DNA from: Phoronis australis
Lineage: Eukaryota; Animalia; Phoronida
Direction: 5' to 3'
NCBI GenBank assembly: GCA_002633005.1
Contig: NMRA01000022.1
Span: 1,586,485 to 1,650,484 of the forward strand
Length of the DNA: 64,000 bases
This document shows positions 32,367 through 44,905 of the stretch, in pieces. The position numbers and the translations under genes are program-made. Below the pieces are notes generated by a model. The model did no database searches. It saw nothing but the letters and a program-made list of their open reading frames with translations, and was not told where the DNA came from. Each line of letters starts with the position of its first letter. The stretch's first letter is position 1.

Positions 32367-35300
32367 GTTAATGAGTTTTAACCATAATATCTGTCCTTGG
32401 TCTCTAGTGCCTATGCATGATTAAACAATTTGCTCGAGTAAGAATTGGTTCTATCTGATTTTCTTCTGGTTTTCTTGCACTAACAACCAGGGCGTGATTC
32501 AAAGGGAAAGGGCAGTTTGGTTAATTTGCAGATTTCGCAGTGTAGATTTTGAAACACCGAGTACAGAAATTTCATTTAACAGTATTGATTTAATCTGCTG
32601 AATTTTAAAATTTTTTAAACTTTTCACTTCTTGGCTTTGATTCAAACTAATTCAAACATTAGCAGACATATTTAGAATTGATAATGTCAGTGGTGTTTGT
32701 TAGATCATGAAAAGCTATTTGATGGCCTATCAGTTAACATGCTGCATATTCATTCTGGTTATACCTGAATACAGGAGGCTGATATCGACCAACTCACCTG
32801 GAACGGTAGTGGCACGGCTGTGACGAAGACAATCACATGTGCTGAGATTATGAAGAGAAAGATAAAAGATCTACACCAAGTCAACAGTATTCACTACAAA
32901 AGGTTTGACATTATTGCCTGCAGTTAATCAGTTTATCTATCTTTTGATTAAGAGATAGCAAACGAAAATGTCTTCATGGAATCATTTTTGTTAATTGTCC
33001 TAGAACAATTCAGTATCAAGGCACCTGGCTCATAGAATGTGAGGGTGTATAATGAGCTGCAGAGATTCGTCTTCATCAAACTTTCTAGTTGTAACATCCT
33101 CCTAGTGTTCCTTTATTGATGAGTGAAACTGAGAATTAGTCACATGTATCTCGACTGGAAACATTTTGCAGGAAGCATAAAAGATGTGAGTGACACTTGA
33201 CTTCCACGATCATTACAAAATGGTTTTACACTATTTTTTCAGGAAAGTACTGAAAGTTCATGAAAACGTAATAGGACAGCCAGTTTAAGACATGCACAAA
33301 ATGGAATTTGTTACCTTTACCTGTACTTGAAGTTTGGGCAAGTGCAACCGGGCTATTATCAAAACTCTGCACTCAATGTATTTCCTCAAAAATGAGTTAT
33401 TTTGGTGCACGGATAACAAAAGTACTATGCACTCTGTACTCTTATTTAGGTGAGTGAGTGTTGTTTGTCTAGCTGTGACTTCCAATCTCAGTGTTGTTTA
33501 TCTGCCTATGACTTCCAATCTCAGTGTTGTTTATCTTGTAACTTTCAACCTCAGTGTTACATTTTCTTTTAATCAGGACTGAAGAATACTGGGATCCCAA
33601 AGAAGAAGGGTTAGACAGGTAGGTGGACGAATTCACTGCAGCTGAATTTGATCTACAAACTAATTTAATTAATTTTGAGTCAGATGTTGGATGTGCCATT
33701 TAATAATAATTTTGTCACATTTAGCTGAAAATACATGAATCTTGCATTAATTTCAGTGCACAAAACCTTGATATCTGTTTCTCTTGTTACATTAGTAAAA
33801 CCAGTTCCAGTTATTGCTCGATCTCAAAAAAATCTTGACAGGTGTTGCAATAGTCGAAGTTGCAATACGTTACCTCGCAAGTCCGTTTTTAAATTACAAA
33901 ACTATCTGCTAGGCATGATAACATCTTGTTAAACACTGACATTAGTTTGACAAAAACGCGAGCTTTTTATTCCTATAAACTGCCAAAAAATCCTGGCAAG
34001 ACAGAATTCTGCTGAAGTTTGTCTGCTATATTTTGAAACTACTGTACACTTGTTTAGTATTTTGTTATAGGCTGAAAGTGAACAGAGATGTGCCTTGTAT
34101 AAGTATCCTACTCTCCAAGACTCCTCTTAGCGAAGCACTGCCAGGGTAAGTAACTATGCACTTTTCTGCACTGTCAGAATATAGTCTGACAGTATTATTA
34201 GTTGTATTGTTCTGTTTTGTTTTGGTATTCAGTTTGATTGGCATGATCCCTGAGTTCAGTACAATGATGATGTAATTTGTTTACTACAGAATAGTATGGA
34301 ACTTTTTAGTAGACTGAGTTCAGTAGTGATGATGTAATTTGTTTACTACAAAATAGTGTGGAACTTTCTAGAAGAGTGAGGTCAGAACAGTGATGATGTA
34401 ATTTGTTTACTACAGTATAGTGTGGAACTTTCTAGAAGACTCTAGCATGACAGTGATTACTGCAGTCCGGAATATTCTAGAGAGTAGTACATGTTTGTAG
34501 AATGGTTGGGTAGATTCTGGAAAGTTCTAGAATGTGCTTGAATTGATGAAAAGTTCCAGAACAATACATTAGGCTATAAATACGCAAGCACAGGTTTCTG
34601 TTAGTCAGATCAAGTCAGTTCAAGAGAAGATCAAGTCAGTTCAAGAAAGTTAATCAGGAGAACTACAGTTGAGTTGCAGTGAAGAGAATCAGCAGTTACA
34701 GCGATAGTCAATAGAGAGCCAGCTATAGAGACAGCAGGTTATTGAATCGACGAGTGTTCATCACAAGTCAAGGCTTCGCAGCACTGGCTGGAGCATAAAC
34801 AGACCTTACGTCGGACGTTTTGTTTGAGTAGGCTTGTGAACGTACGGTCGGGATTAATAAAGGATTAACTCGAACCAGCCTTCAGTCTATCATCGCACCG
34901 AAAGCTATTAGCACCAGTCTGTAACAACCTGCGCCCAACCACACACGGGGAAAAACGTGACATGCACTCATTCACATCGGCACAAGTATACGCTCTATGA
35001 GTAACTGCTTGAATTTAGGACCATTCGTTTTTTACATGTGGCATGCCGTAAAGGGATGTGCTGTGATATGAGCTGAAAAAGAACTTGATAATAAAAATCA
35101 TAATAATTATCAATTATTAACTGTTTTATGTAATTGGTGCCTTTGTTTAATATTCCCTTGACTCATCTACAGTGAGTACCATAATGATAGACCGTGTGAT
35201 ACCATGGTGACCCACTGGAGTAATAGTCTTGAACCTTATAGCTTTGTGGCTCACTGATGTGGTATTTTAAACTATTAAATAATGTCCAATCATATCAGTG

Positions 35301-37006
35301 GGTCTCCTGCCTTGTCTTGTCTTGTTTCTAACTTCAAGTAAATTCATCAGTTTATGGTGAAATAGGAGGAATTATGCAGAGTACTGAATTATTTTTTCCG
35401 TACAATGTAAATTTATTTTACATTACATGCATTAGTTTTTAGGAATAGTTTTTACTTTTGAAATAATTGTTCGGTATTTGGCAACTGAGCTACTGTTGTC
35501 TTTGGCCAGGATCAGGATTGATATACTTTTTCATAGAGAATGGCTGCCATGAGTTAATTTGTGATGATGATTTAAGAGATTCAGTTTAAATGGTGCTGAC
35601 CAGTGACACTAAAACTACTTTATGTGTGTAAGAAAATTCTCGTTACCAGTTTATGTATTTGACTGTGATATCACTTGTACGTTAAATTAAGGTGCGTGTG
35701 TCATATTTGGCTGTGATAACACACACCTTAACTTAACGTACAAAGAGTTCTGCACATGCGCCAGCCACTCAAACTATGGTGCATTACTGTTTACAGTACA
35801 TGCCAAAAGTGTCCAGACAGTGTGTCACGGAATTCCCATCATGATGGCTGAGCAGAAATCAAATTTGTCGTCGGAGTAACCTTCCCTCATGACTGAGAAT
35901 GAAGGGAAATTAACAAGAAACATAGTATAAAGGTGGCTAAGACAATCTTTAATTAGAAATTTACCCCCAAATTAGTTATCACCAAGCATGTTTGCTACTT
36001 AACAGAATCAGCCAACGTGACAGAAAACAGTATTTTGTCTGTCAGTGATAACTTCAGTCAGGTACTGTACATATCACAAGAGTGTATCTTCAATGTTATC
36101 GATGGGCATGTAGTTTTTGTTGTACCTTGGATTGTACGGTAATTTTCCACGTATTTAGCACCAAATGTAATTGGGCAAAATTGTCAGTTTTCCATTTTTC
36201 AAAAGGTGACGACTTTGCTTCACGTAGAGTAGAAACTTGACCAAATGTTGTTTTATGACAACTACACAGTACAAACCATGTTAGTAATAGACTAAACTTT
36301 TCTTAATTTTTATTTTTGTGGGGAAATTTGACAACGTGGAATTTCAGCCATATTGTAAGTTATTATGTGAAGAATTGCCCAGCTGACTACATCATTTGCC
36401 TTTCTTGATGCATTCTTAGACTGTTCACTTATTTGTTATTTTGGAGTCTTGCACTGTGAACTTAATTGCAAAATGTGCTAAAATCCTCAAATAGGGTAAT
36501 TGTTTTTGATGAACTCAAAGATTTCTTTTTTTTCCTATAGTAGGTAGAGTGTATTCGCAAAGTCTAGAAAATTTGTATCCCTTACTTAAAGTATAGTATT
36601 ACATTGTACTGGTTTCAGCTATCAAGCACCAGGCTCATTTGATGCATTTTGGAAAACCGTTGTTGAGAAGGACGTCAAATCATCTAACCAGAGAAGAAAG
36701 CAGAAACAACAGAGTTCCGGCAAAACTGCGATGGACCCTTCAAAAATTGAAGTCAAAAACAATAAAAAGCTGAAAAAAGAAGAGAGAGGTAGTATCAATG
36801 CCAAAGATTCACGTTCAAAAAATCAGAGAAAACAAAAGACTGTTCAGGATGTAGGATGTAAAACTACAGTGACTGAAAGTAAGAGTAACAAAGACTTGGT
36901 ACAACCTGCTTCAAGTGCAGGTGGTGATACTTCTGAACGTAAAGACTATAAGAGAACTGGTATTGATGGAGGGACTGCGCATGAGGGGAGCCTTGTGGAC
37001 AAGTGA
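32221..37006 (+). CDS. RPP25L: Ribonuclease P/MRP subunit p25-like protein (Alba family); 5 coding exons plus the A of a split ATG
   Basis: Exons 32221-32366, 32775-32902, 33577-33618, 34071-34145 and 36619-37006 join in frame: (M)DHYTKGEV...HMKVNSGSKIRNLMGFAVKKMK-EADIDQLTWNGSGTAVTKTITCAEIMKRKIKDLHQ...-TEEYWDPKEEGLDR-LKVNRDVPCISILLSKTPL..PGYQAPG. These are Rpp25 motifs (GSKIRN, GxAVTKTITCAEI, EEYWxP, ILLSKxPL, GYQxP). Confidence 0.92.
32775..32902 (+). CDS. RPP25L: RPP25L exon
   Basis: EADIDQLTWNGSGTAVTKTITCAEIMKRKIKDLHQVNSIHYK. Confidence 0.92.
33478..33558 (+). repeat. ~30-bp tandem triplication just upstream of an RPP25L acceptor
   Basis: (g/a)acttccaatctcagtgttgtttatct, 3 copies. Confidence 0.75.
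33577..33618 (+). CDS. RPP25L: RPP25L exon
   Basis: TEEYWDPKEEGLD|gtaggt. Confidence 0.9.
34071..34145 (+). CDS. RPP25L: RPP25L exon
   Basis: LKVNRDVPCISILLSKTPLSEALP|gtaagt. Confidence 0.92.
34251..34440 (+). repeat. ~62-bp tandem triplication covering the left junction of the LTR-like element
   Basis: tgag(t/g)tcag..tgatgatgtaatttgtttactaca..atagt(a/g)tggaactt, 3 copies. Confidence 0.9.
34361..34582 (+). promoter_or_regulatory. Cluster of heat-shock elements (nGAAn arrays) upstream of a TATA box
   Basis: GAActTTCtaGAA at 34361 and 34425; GAAtaTTCtaGAG at 34470; TTCtgGAAagTTCtaGAAtgTGCttGAA at 34515-34542; TTCcaGAA at 34554; TATAAATA at 34575. Confidence 0.75.
34391..34962 (+). mobile_element. 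Solo-LTR-like element in RPP25L intron
   Basis: TG...CA ends (tgatgatg ... cgtgaca), TATAAATA at 34575, Inr-like TTAGTC/TCAGTT about 26-41 nt downstream, AATAAA at 34856, no ORF. TSD not resolved. Confidence 0.6.
36619..37006 (+). CDS. RPP25L: RPP25L last coding exon (Lys/Arg-rich tail)
   Basis: ag|YQAPGSFDAFWKTVVEK...HEGSLVDK*; AATAAA at 37138. Confidence 0.88.
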
Positions 37007-37239
37007 GCCAGGCTGTAGGAGTCACTTAGGCTGGTGGAGTGAAGTCCAATATAAGTCTGTTTGTGATAGAGTCACTGGGGGGAGATAGAGATGAAAGCCT
37101 AGGATCAGAGTACTAAATGTGTTTGATGTCCAGTAAAAATAAACTAGTATGCCAAAAGCAAGACACACATGAGCTATAAGTTACATATGATTTAGACAGA
37201 TTATGAACTCTCCGGTGGTCAATATTTCTGTGGCAATGC

Positions 37240-37800
37240 CATTTTTATGCGTCCACATATTTATATGTGGTCGCATATTGCTGTCATCTCTCTCCAGGTG
37301 TCTGATGTCCATAGCTGTATCTCCTATACCCCATGCAGGGTCTTGATGAAATTTGGCAGATGTGATGTTTCTATGAAGGTGACAACAGATGACAACCGCT
37401 GTGTCCCCCTAGTGGCAATTTAGTTTTGTTTGGTTGCTTCTGTATCTTCTTAACTCTTGGATGGATTTTCATGAAATTTGGCAAATAGGTTTCTATTATG
37501 AAGGCGACGACACCTTTACATTTTCGGACGTCTTTGACGACTTTGCACCAGCTAGTAGCTATAAGTTTCTCTATCTGTGAAACTAATTGGAGGATCATTG
37601 TGCAAATTAGAAGATGTGTTTCTGATTAGAAGGCCGCAGCTGAGGTTAATATTTGGATGGGGTTCCACTACTTTGGCATTTTTTTACCATCTACAGCTGC
37701 GTCTCCTTAACCTTTTGTGGGATCTGTGTGAAATTTGGTGGAAATTTTCTTGTGGAGTTGACAACATATTATGACGCTTTTCAGACCCATTTAACTACTG
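37240..37800 (-). mobile_element. Inverted, diverged copy of the Pearl/HINE-like family, including its 3' palindrome
   Basis: Reverse complement contains aaaactaaattgccactagggggacac, ccaaatttcatgaaaatcc and ggagatacagcta; subterminal hairpin atgcgtccacatat/atatgtggtcgcat at ~37247-37276. Confidence 0.7.
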
Positions 37801-39372
37801 CTGTGCCAGGGGCAGATCTAGGATTTTGAGTTAGTGGGGGGCCAGGGCAGAGTATTAAAATCACTCTGTTTGCGTTGCTGCCGTGGGTGCATTTCAATGC
37901 TCTGCGTTGCTCTAGTAATTCATTAATACACTATGTTTGTGAAGTAATGGAGATGTCATGATTCCATCCCAGAATCTTTCTGTTCTCAAGCCACTACTTG
38001 ACCACTGTGCCACCAGCACATAACAGAAATCGGAAGTCGCCTTTTTTATACCCAGAATTGTATGATGACACTTTTCTTTCATCAATTTCCAGTTGCTGCT
38101 TTTATGATGCTTTGTAATTGACACATCACCCAACAGAAATAATAAAGCAGAATACTGGCTGTGGACTACTTTCTAGTTTTACGATAAAAGTCATATTACA
38201 GTTTTCAAAAATTCAAAACATAACGATGTGTTCTCTTTACGAACTTTTCAATTATGCTAGTTAAACAGTTTCCAAATTGAAAATCTCAAAAATATAATCG
38301 TCGCCCCCAGTGTTTACAGCCGTGTTTATGATTGGCAATTTTGCACCTGATTACCCAAGTAAATCTCCAGAGAATAACGTCAGCTGAAGCTGGGTGGTTT
38401 CTTTGAAGATAGCGGCAGCTTTAAGGTTAGCGAACCGGTTTAGTTCGTATGTCATCCGGATTCTGTCATGTTTGTTTTCAAGTCACCGTAAAATATACCC
38501 CAGTGAACACAAACATTCATTAAGTCATCGCAGTCCCCTCCATGACTAAATAGCACAAAAGGCTAAAATGTTCACTTGAGACTTTCAATACACATCATTT
38601 GTGTGGACATAAGCATGTGCACACTTGACGTGCAGACATGAAAAAATTTAAAATTACCAAGAGAAATTATTTGGCTCGATTATTTTGCATTATAAACAAC
38701 CGTTGTGTAACAGGAAATTACAGATTTTTTCGAAATATAATTGTTTCCCCATTACCAGCATCTGCTGAAGTTTTACTGAAATCTCAAGGTTTTAGGTTAA
38801 AACTGTCTTGTAGCTTACCAACCGAATGAGTACTACCTTGACCATAGACATTTTGCAATGAATACAGCAGAATAAAAACAAAACCTGTTGTATATCTTCA
38901 TGGTGGCTATTGACATGGGTAAATTGCACTTCCTTGCTTCAAAACCTGGATTAATCACCATATCATTACAGCTTTGTAAATTATAATAATCATGATGTTT
39001 TTAAACATCTTATTAAAATAAGTCAGCTGTTGAGCTGCATCATCATATATAAACGACAGTTACTCTATGAATAGTTTGAAACTGGGAGATGTCTTGTTTT
39101 TGGATAACACAGTCACGGTCAGATTTAGTGCCCCTTTCAGACACAACGAAACATTCCATCGTCATGCCATTTATAGGACTTCAGAAGCCAGAAATTCTTG
39201 AAGAATTTTACTTCACCCACCATGAAACATCCTAGAATCCCCAATGAATGAAATCGACCTGCCAAATAGTCTAGCACTGACCATCTTACATAAGCTGACA
39301 AAGACATGTGAGCACTAAATTTGCTTCGTTACATCTAGTCTGTTCAGTCTCGCAATTAATATCAGTCTGATA

Positions 39373-39620
39373 CCTGCGCGCACCCAGCCTTGAAAATGGG
39401 TTGGCTCGAATTTCTGTCGATGTGACCTTTTGCTGACAAAAAATCTTGAGGACTAAAAAAACAGTAACACCCTTCAGGACTGTGCACTGTGCGTCTTTTT
39501 TAGTGAACATTTGTCTCGTTTTGTCGGACTTTTTGCTTCTTTGCGGTGGACCTTTTTGCCCACTTCGCCAAATGGGGGGGGCTCATTTGAGCCCCCCAAG
39601 CCCCCCTGGGTGCGCGCATG
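39373..39620. mobile_element. 248-bp MITE with 15-bp TIRs and a 5-bp TSD
   Basis: TGATA-[cctgcgcgcacccag ... ctgggtgcgcgcatg]-TGATA; internal ggggggctca/tgagcccccc hairpin. Confidence 0.8.
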
Positions 39621-40920
39621 TGATAGGATCAACATTAGATTGCTCTGCACTTCGGAATTCCATAATTTTTATGTTTTAACACGAGGAGTCTTACCTTTTT
39701 TAAAAACTTAAAAATTTTGGTACCTTTTCCAATTTACAATAAGAATTTCACCATTGGCTCAATTCATTTTGTGAAACACTGTGACGGTAGCTTGACAACC
39801 AGCATGTTTTTAGCAGCTGACAAGCCTTCGACATGTAGAATAAAAGGATCAACAACTTGATGTGTTTATTATGAAGGTTACCAATTGTTAAACAGATTAA
39901 CTTTAGAAACTGGTAGACAGTTATTTTAACAAATTTAAACAATAATAACAAAAATAAAACTTGCACAACCACAAACTAGTGCCAACTCTGCTGAGGTCAA
40001 CTAAACCAGTCCTTCATAGCATTAGCAGTACTAAAACAGTGTGTTACAATCACCTCATTACAACAAACTACTATCCTTAAAAGTGACAAAAAATCAAATT
40101 TGTTTAAATTATAAATACATCACATACTAAATATAGTAATTGTTAACTAACTGATTTGAAGAGCAGAGTTTGTCTTGTATTTAAAGCAGTAGTCAACACT
40201 AACTCTTACCACAGACTATAGTACATGGACCGCCAACTGCGTACAACATAAATTGAACTTTCAATGGACGAAATCTGTGCTCTTTTGAACAACAATACGT
40301 CATTTTTCACTGGCGACATCTGGCCCGATTATCTGGTGTTATTTCCGGCAAGTACACCCTCTGCTGATCTTTATTAGCTGTTGTGTGGTTGGTGGTAGTT
40401 GCATTGCTAAAAGTACTCACGAGACCAACAGTTCTACTATTTTAAAGATTTTGAACGGCGTTTCAAAGCCGAAATTATTATTTTGTTTTCGTTGTACTGG
40501 GCAGTAATTAAAAATAGATGCGAGAGTTTCCGTCACAATACACTTACCGGAAAATGAACCAGTTAATTTAGGAAAGCGGCACCTCTAGGATAGTACAGAA
40601 GAAAATGTCAGAGTTGCGAATCTGTTGTCTATAATCTATGCTCTTACTTAATATGTAATACTTCACTTATCTAGCAAACAACACGACAAATAAGTGATGT
40701 TCTATTTTGTCAAATTTCTTCTCAAAAAATAAAAAGTAAGAAAATTTTAGTCAATTACTAACATGGTTTGTGTAGATATCACAAAACAACATTTAGTAAC
40801 TAAGGTTTCCATTATTTGTATCAAAGTTATCAGCCTTTGAATAACGGAAAATTAGAATTTTGGTGATTAGTTTTGTGCGAAATAGTGAAGTATTTTCTAT
40901 TAAAAGTAACTGAAACACCA

Positions 40921-41061
40921 ACAACTACCTGTAGATTCTCAGGACGGTTCAGCACATGAGATGATACAACTACCTGTAGACCCTCACGACGGTTCAGCAC
41001 ATGAGATGATACAACTACCTGTAGACCCTCAGGACGGTTAGCACATGACATGACACAACTA
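40921..41061. repeat. 45-bp tandem repeat, 3 copies
   Basis: acaactacctgtaga..ctca.gacggtt.agcacatga at 40921, 40966 and 41011. Confidence 0.92.
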
Positions 41062-42190
41062 ACAGTTAGCAATGTTTTTGTTGATCAGTTTATGCATACT
41101 ATAAATCCATTCTTTCAGCAAATGACCAGTCATCTTCAAGGTACGCACTCTGTAAGATGATTTGAGACATCTGAGCTCTGTTGAACCAACGTAAGCTCTG
41201 TACGTACAATAAGAAAACGTGACAAAAGTGACTGACTGAGCAATGCGCAATCTGGGTAAAAACTCAGTGGACGGGGATGCATTCAAGGTGTGTTTTCGGT
41301 TCATTTTCACCAGTCCCCAGGATGTTTCGTGAAGATGAGATCAGTTAAGAGCGATACGGCCTTTCGCTGAAAAGTTAAATGAACAATGTACTAAGCATAA
41401 GTTTCACAATCAAAACATTGCTACGAATTATTCTCTGTCATTAAATTGGACCAAAACTTATCACACTTTATGACTACTATAAAACCTCACCAATTTCGAG
41501 CAAAAATAATAACTAATTTTTTACAAGGGCTTCTAGCACTACTGTGAATGCCCATAATTTCTTACACTGTCTGGCAGTAGCTCCACCAACGAACTTGAAC
41601 ATGGAAAACTTTGAATTTGATGATACATATCTTCCATCAAAAACTGGCAGAATAAAATTTCACTTGTCCACCTACCATATTGTGCCGTAAATGGGTGAGG
41701 CTTTAATGTACTAAGGTCAGCTGTTAAGAACCCTTCAGAAATGATACAACATGCACAAATAAAATACTAGAGAAACAGAATATTTTGATAAAATTCTGGG
41801 TTCAGAACATCTAATTGTCAACAGGAATTCATCCTTACCTATCTACATACTCGACTACTGAAAATGACTATTAATATAGAGCTCGTAAGTAGATCACACG
41901 AGCTGCTTTACTCAAAACTGCACCTAAAAGATAATCCAAGATTTGACTATAACACTGGAAATACCATGGAGAAAGTGAACTAATTGTTGTCCATTTTGTT
42001 GATGAGAAAACTTACTATTATGATCCTATACAGTCTTGTAGTTGCTAGTAGCAAGCAATGTTAGAAAAAGTTTTTCAAAATGAGCTTATACCAAGAATGT
42101 AACATACTCATTTGGTTAACTTGACATTGAAATTATTACACAATACAGTTTTTTGTCTATTTCAATCAAATGAGAGAACATTACACAACC

Positions 42191-42523
42191 TCATGTGTAG
42201 ACACTGTTATAGTTATTAGTCCAATGGCGAGAGCTATTGGAAACAGTATTATTTACATGCCTCCTATCACCATGGCTACTGCGTTTTGTGTTGCCAGGGC
42301 AACTGTGTCTCTCATAAGTGCTCTTGGCATCACTGAGATCAATGCTATTTCTAGACGTCTGATTGAGTTTGAGAATTTTCGTCCGGCAAACGACGCATCG
42401 TAACGGCAAGTTCCGCTGGCAGAGGGCAGCTTGGATGGTTTTTACAAAACAGCGTCGACAAACAACGCAGTGATTGCATGGAAAGGTGGTCATTAATGCA
42501 GGAGCATCCATACAGACGACACA
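42191..42523 (-). CDS. Last exon of an uncharacterised C3HC4-type RING finger protein
   Basis: cttccag|CVVCMDAPALMTTFPCNHCVVCRRCFVKTIQAALCQRNLPLRCVVCRTKILKL...SVYT*; C-x2-C, C-x-H, C-x2-C, C-x2-C spacing. Confidence 0.88.
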   Translation of the reverse strand, partial: CVVCMDAPALMTTFPCNHCVVCRRCFVKTIQAALCQRNLPLRCVVCRTKILKLNQTSRNSIDLSDAKSTYERHSCPGNTKRSSHGDRRHVNNTVSNSSRHWTNNYNSVYT

Positions 42524-42689
42524 CTGGAAGAAAAGAACATACTCAATTACACAAGTTGTGTTAAATATGATATCACCCACTATCTATATTGAGTTGTCAT
42601 GGGTGGATCAACAAAAGCTTACAACTATGTTTAACTTGTTTTTATTTACAAAGTTTCCAGTAAAGAGAACTATTGTAAGAATCGTATTA

Positions 42690-43260
42690 ATTGCGAGTAA
42701 ATTAATATACAAACATGGATCGATCCCCAAGTTGATAACAAGTCCTTTGGACCCAAGGGAGAGCAATGTCGCCCGAGGTGCTTACGACATGATAGGCTTA
42801 AGGGATCAGTTTATTCTGTTTTATTACATGACCACTAAAGGCTTCTTTTGCCATGATTTTTGTACTTTTATTGGATTAGCATGTTATAAACCTGCTTTCA
42901 TGTATTTCGACATTGTCAGGTTTGTGGTTTCTACATCTGACAACCATGGGACATGAACGAAAAGTGATATCCATTACTTGCTTGGGCAGTAAGTATACTA
43001 ATATGGACCAATCCCGTAGATGATATCAGGTCACTGAACTGAAGGAGAGCAACATTGCACTAGGCCGAATGCCAAGGACAATGTTGCCCTCCTAAGGCCC
43101 ACATGATTTGATATGCCCAAATGACCAGTTTAAGATTTGTTTTATTACACGACCACTATTACTTTTTCCTTTGACTTTTTCATCACATTAAATTAGCTCG
43201 TTCTCACCTGTTTTGATGCACTGACATCGTCTGCTTACTCTGACGTCATGGTTTATAGTT
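42690..43260. repeat. Two diverged ~320-bp copies of an interspersed or tandem element
   Basis: caatgt(c/t)gccc...ga(t/c)cagttta..tgttttattaca(t/c)gaccacta...attagc..gtt..acctg at ~42760-42900 and ~43078-43220. Confidence 0.6.
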
Positions 43261-44905
43261 TATACAGCATCTGATTGATCAGATCACAACTAGGCTGCAT
43301 GAATGAAGAGATATTCCACACTATGTTGGTCAATATTACGCTATATCGGAAGTTGCCGTGCCGTATAGTATTTCAGTGAATCAGACGACAGAAGTATCAG
43401 TAGTAATGTGTACTAATACGGTAGATCGGAATTCGTTATGCATCTAAGCCATCAGAAGACCGGAATATCAGTGAACGTGAAATAACGGTAGGTATTAATA
43501 CTATAAATCATGACCATACACTTTCCACAATAAGAACTACCCTTAACAACAAATGCAAGAACTGCTGCTCATTTCCTACTTCACAACGTCAACCAGTCTG
43601 AACAATACCCCTGGCTGAAATTGGACCTTAAAAAATAACAAGTACGTACTAGTACCCCTGTTTAGCCATACCTGACTCGGACTTCTCCAATAGGCCTAAA
43701 GCTTCATTACTGTCACATGACCTGTGGCTAATTAGCGTTACAATTTTTGGTAGGAAAACTTGCTAGAGAAAAATGACAGTGAAAGTTTGCTTCATTTCTG
43801 AAAAAAGGGAATCAAATGATTGCAAGAATGGAATTTGTGGAAACTTCGGATAAGCTAAATACAGCTCTGTAAAAAGATGAATTCCAGAGCTACGTAAAGC
43901 TCCACCTGTATTTACACTTCAACATATACTTTAGAGGCTTACATGCAGTTCACTGACTGTATCTGAGGAATACATTTTATGCGGAGTGGCTGATTTTGAC
44001 TAGAGCGACTTACTTATTGCCATATGTATCAGCAAATCTAAGGCATTCATTCTTAGTGTGCAGTATCTAATCAGTACAATAAGAACTAATTAATAAAAGA
44101 AAAACAGCTTTCAAGTCACCCAGGACACAAAGGCAAGTTAATTTACTCATTACCCAGGCAGGCTTTGTTGCCAGGAAATGCAACTGAACCTACAGCAGTG
44201 TTATTGATCCAAAGTAAGTGAGTGAGAACTATGCGAAGAAACAATTGAATTTACTGTAAAAAAGAAGAATAGCAAAGAGAAGATTGAAAAAAAAACAACA
44301 ATAAGACGCACTGTCTACTACCTTAATGCCTCAAGGAATGAGCAATTGTACAGATAATTTGCACGCAAACCAATTAAAAACTGATCGCTGTGAGCTCTAT
44401 TGGAAGCAAGACACTCACGAAAATGCAAGATTATGCAGTCTTCACTCAATTTCCTCTACATCGCCATAATTCCATACTGTCTTCATCTATGAAATGGGTT
44501 CTGGAAATGTCCAACCAATTCCACATATTTGCCATTATGATTGAGGACGGTATAGCCCATTATATTCCCTCCACTAAAACGTGAACATTTATCAACTGCC
44601 TGAACAGGACATACCTGGTTACATGATTATGTTTCTGTCCAAGCTTGCTCAATTTCTGACACAACAAATAGATAAAATTCATTTTCAAAGGCTTGACACA
44701 TTACTACAAAAGCTCAACATTGTATAACGATTGTCAGTTTAAGGTAAAAACCAAAGTAACTCATAGAAAAATAATGGACAGTTTTCAAAGGCTGATTAAC
44801 TTAATGCAAATACTGGGAGCTTTAAATTACTAAATATTGTTATATGACATCCGTCTACACAGTTCAAACCAAGCTAATGATACATTAATATTTTCTTATT
44901 CTTTA

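Noticed and set aside
35561-35600. GTGATGA...CTGA in an RPP25L intron as a C/D snoRNA
   Set aside because: Too short, with no terminal stem or recognisable guide.
42474-42956. 160-aa plus-strand ORF
   Set aside because: Antisense to the RING exon and running into a repeat; no recognisable domain.
43672-43695. 24-nt AG/GT-flanked micro-exon candidate in the RING gene intron
   Set aside because: Weak pyrimidine tract, and it would separate the acidic EE from the first RING cysteine; no independent support.
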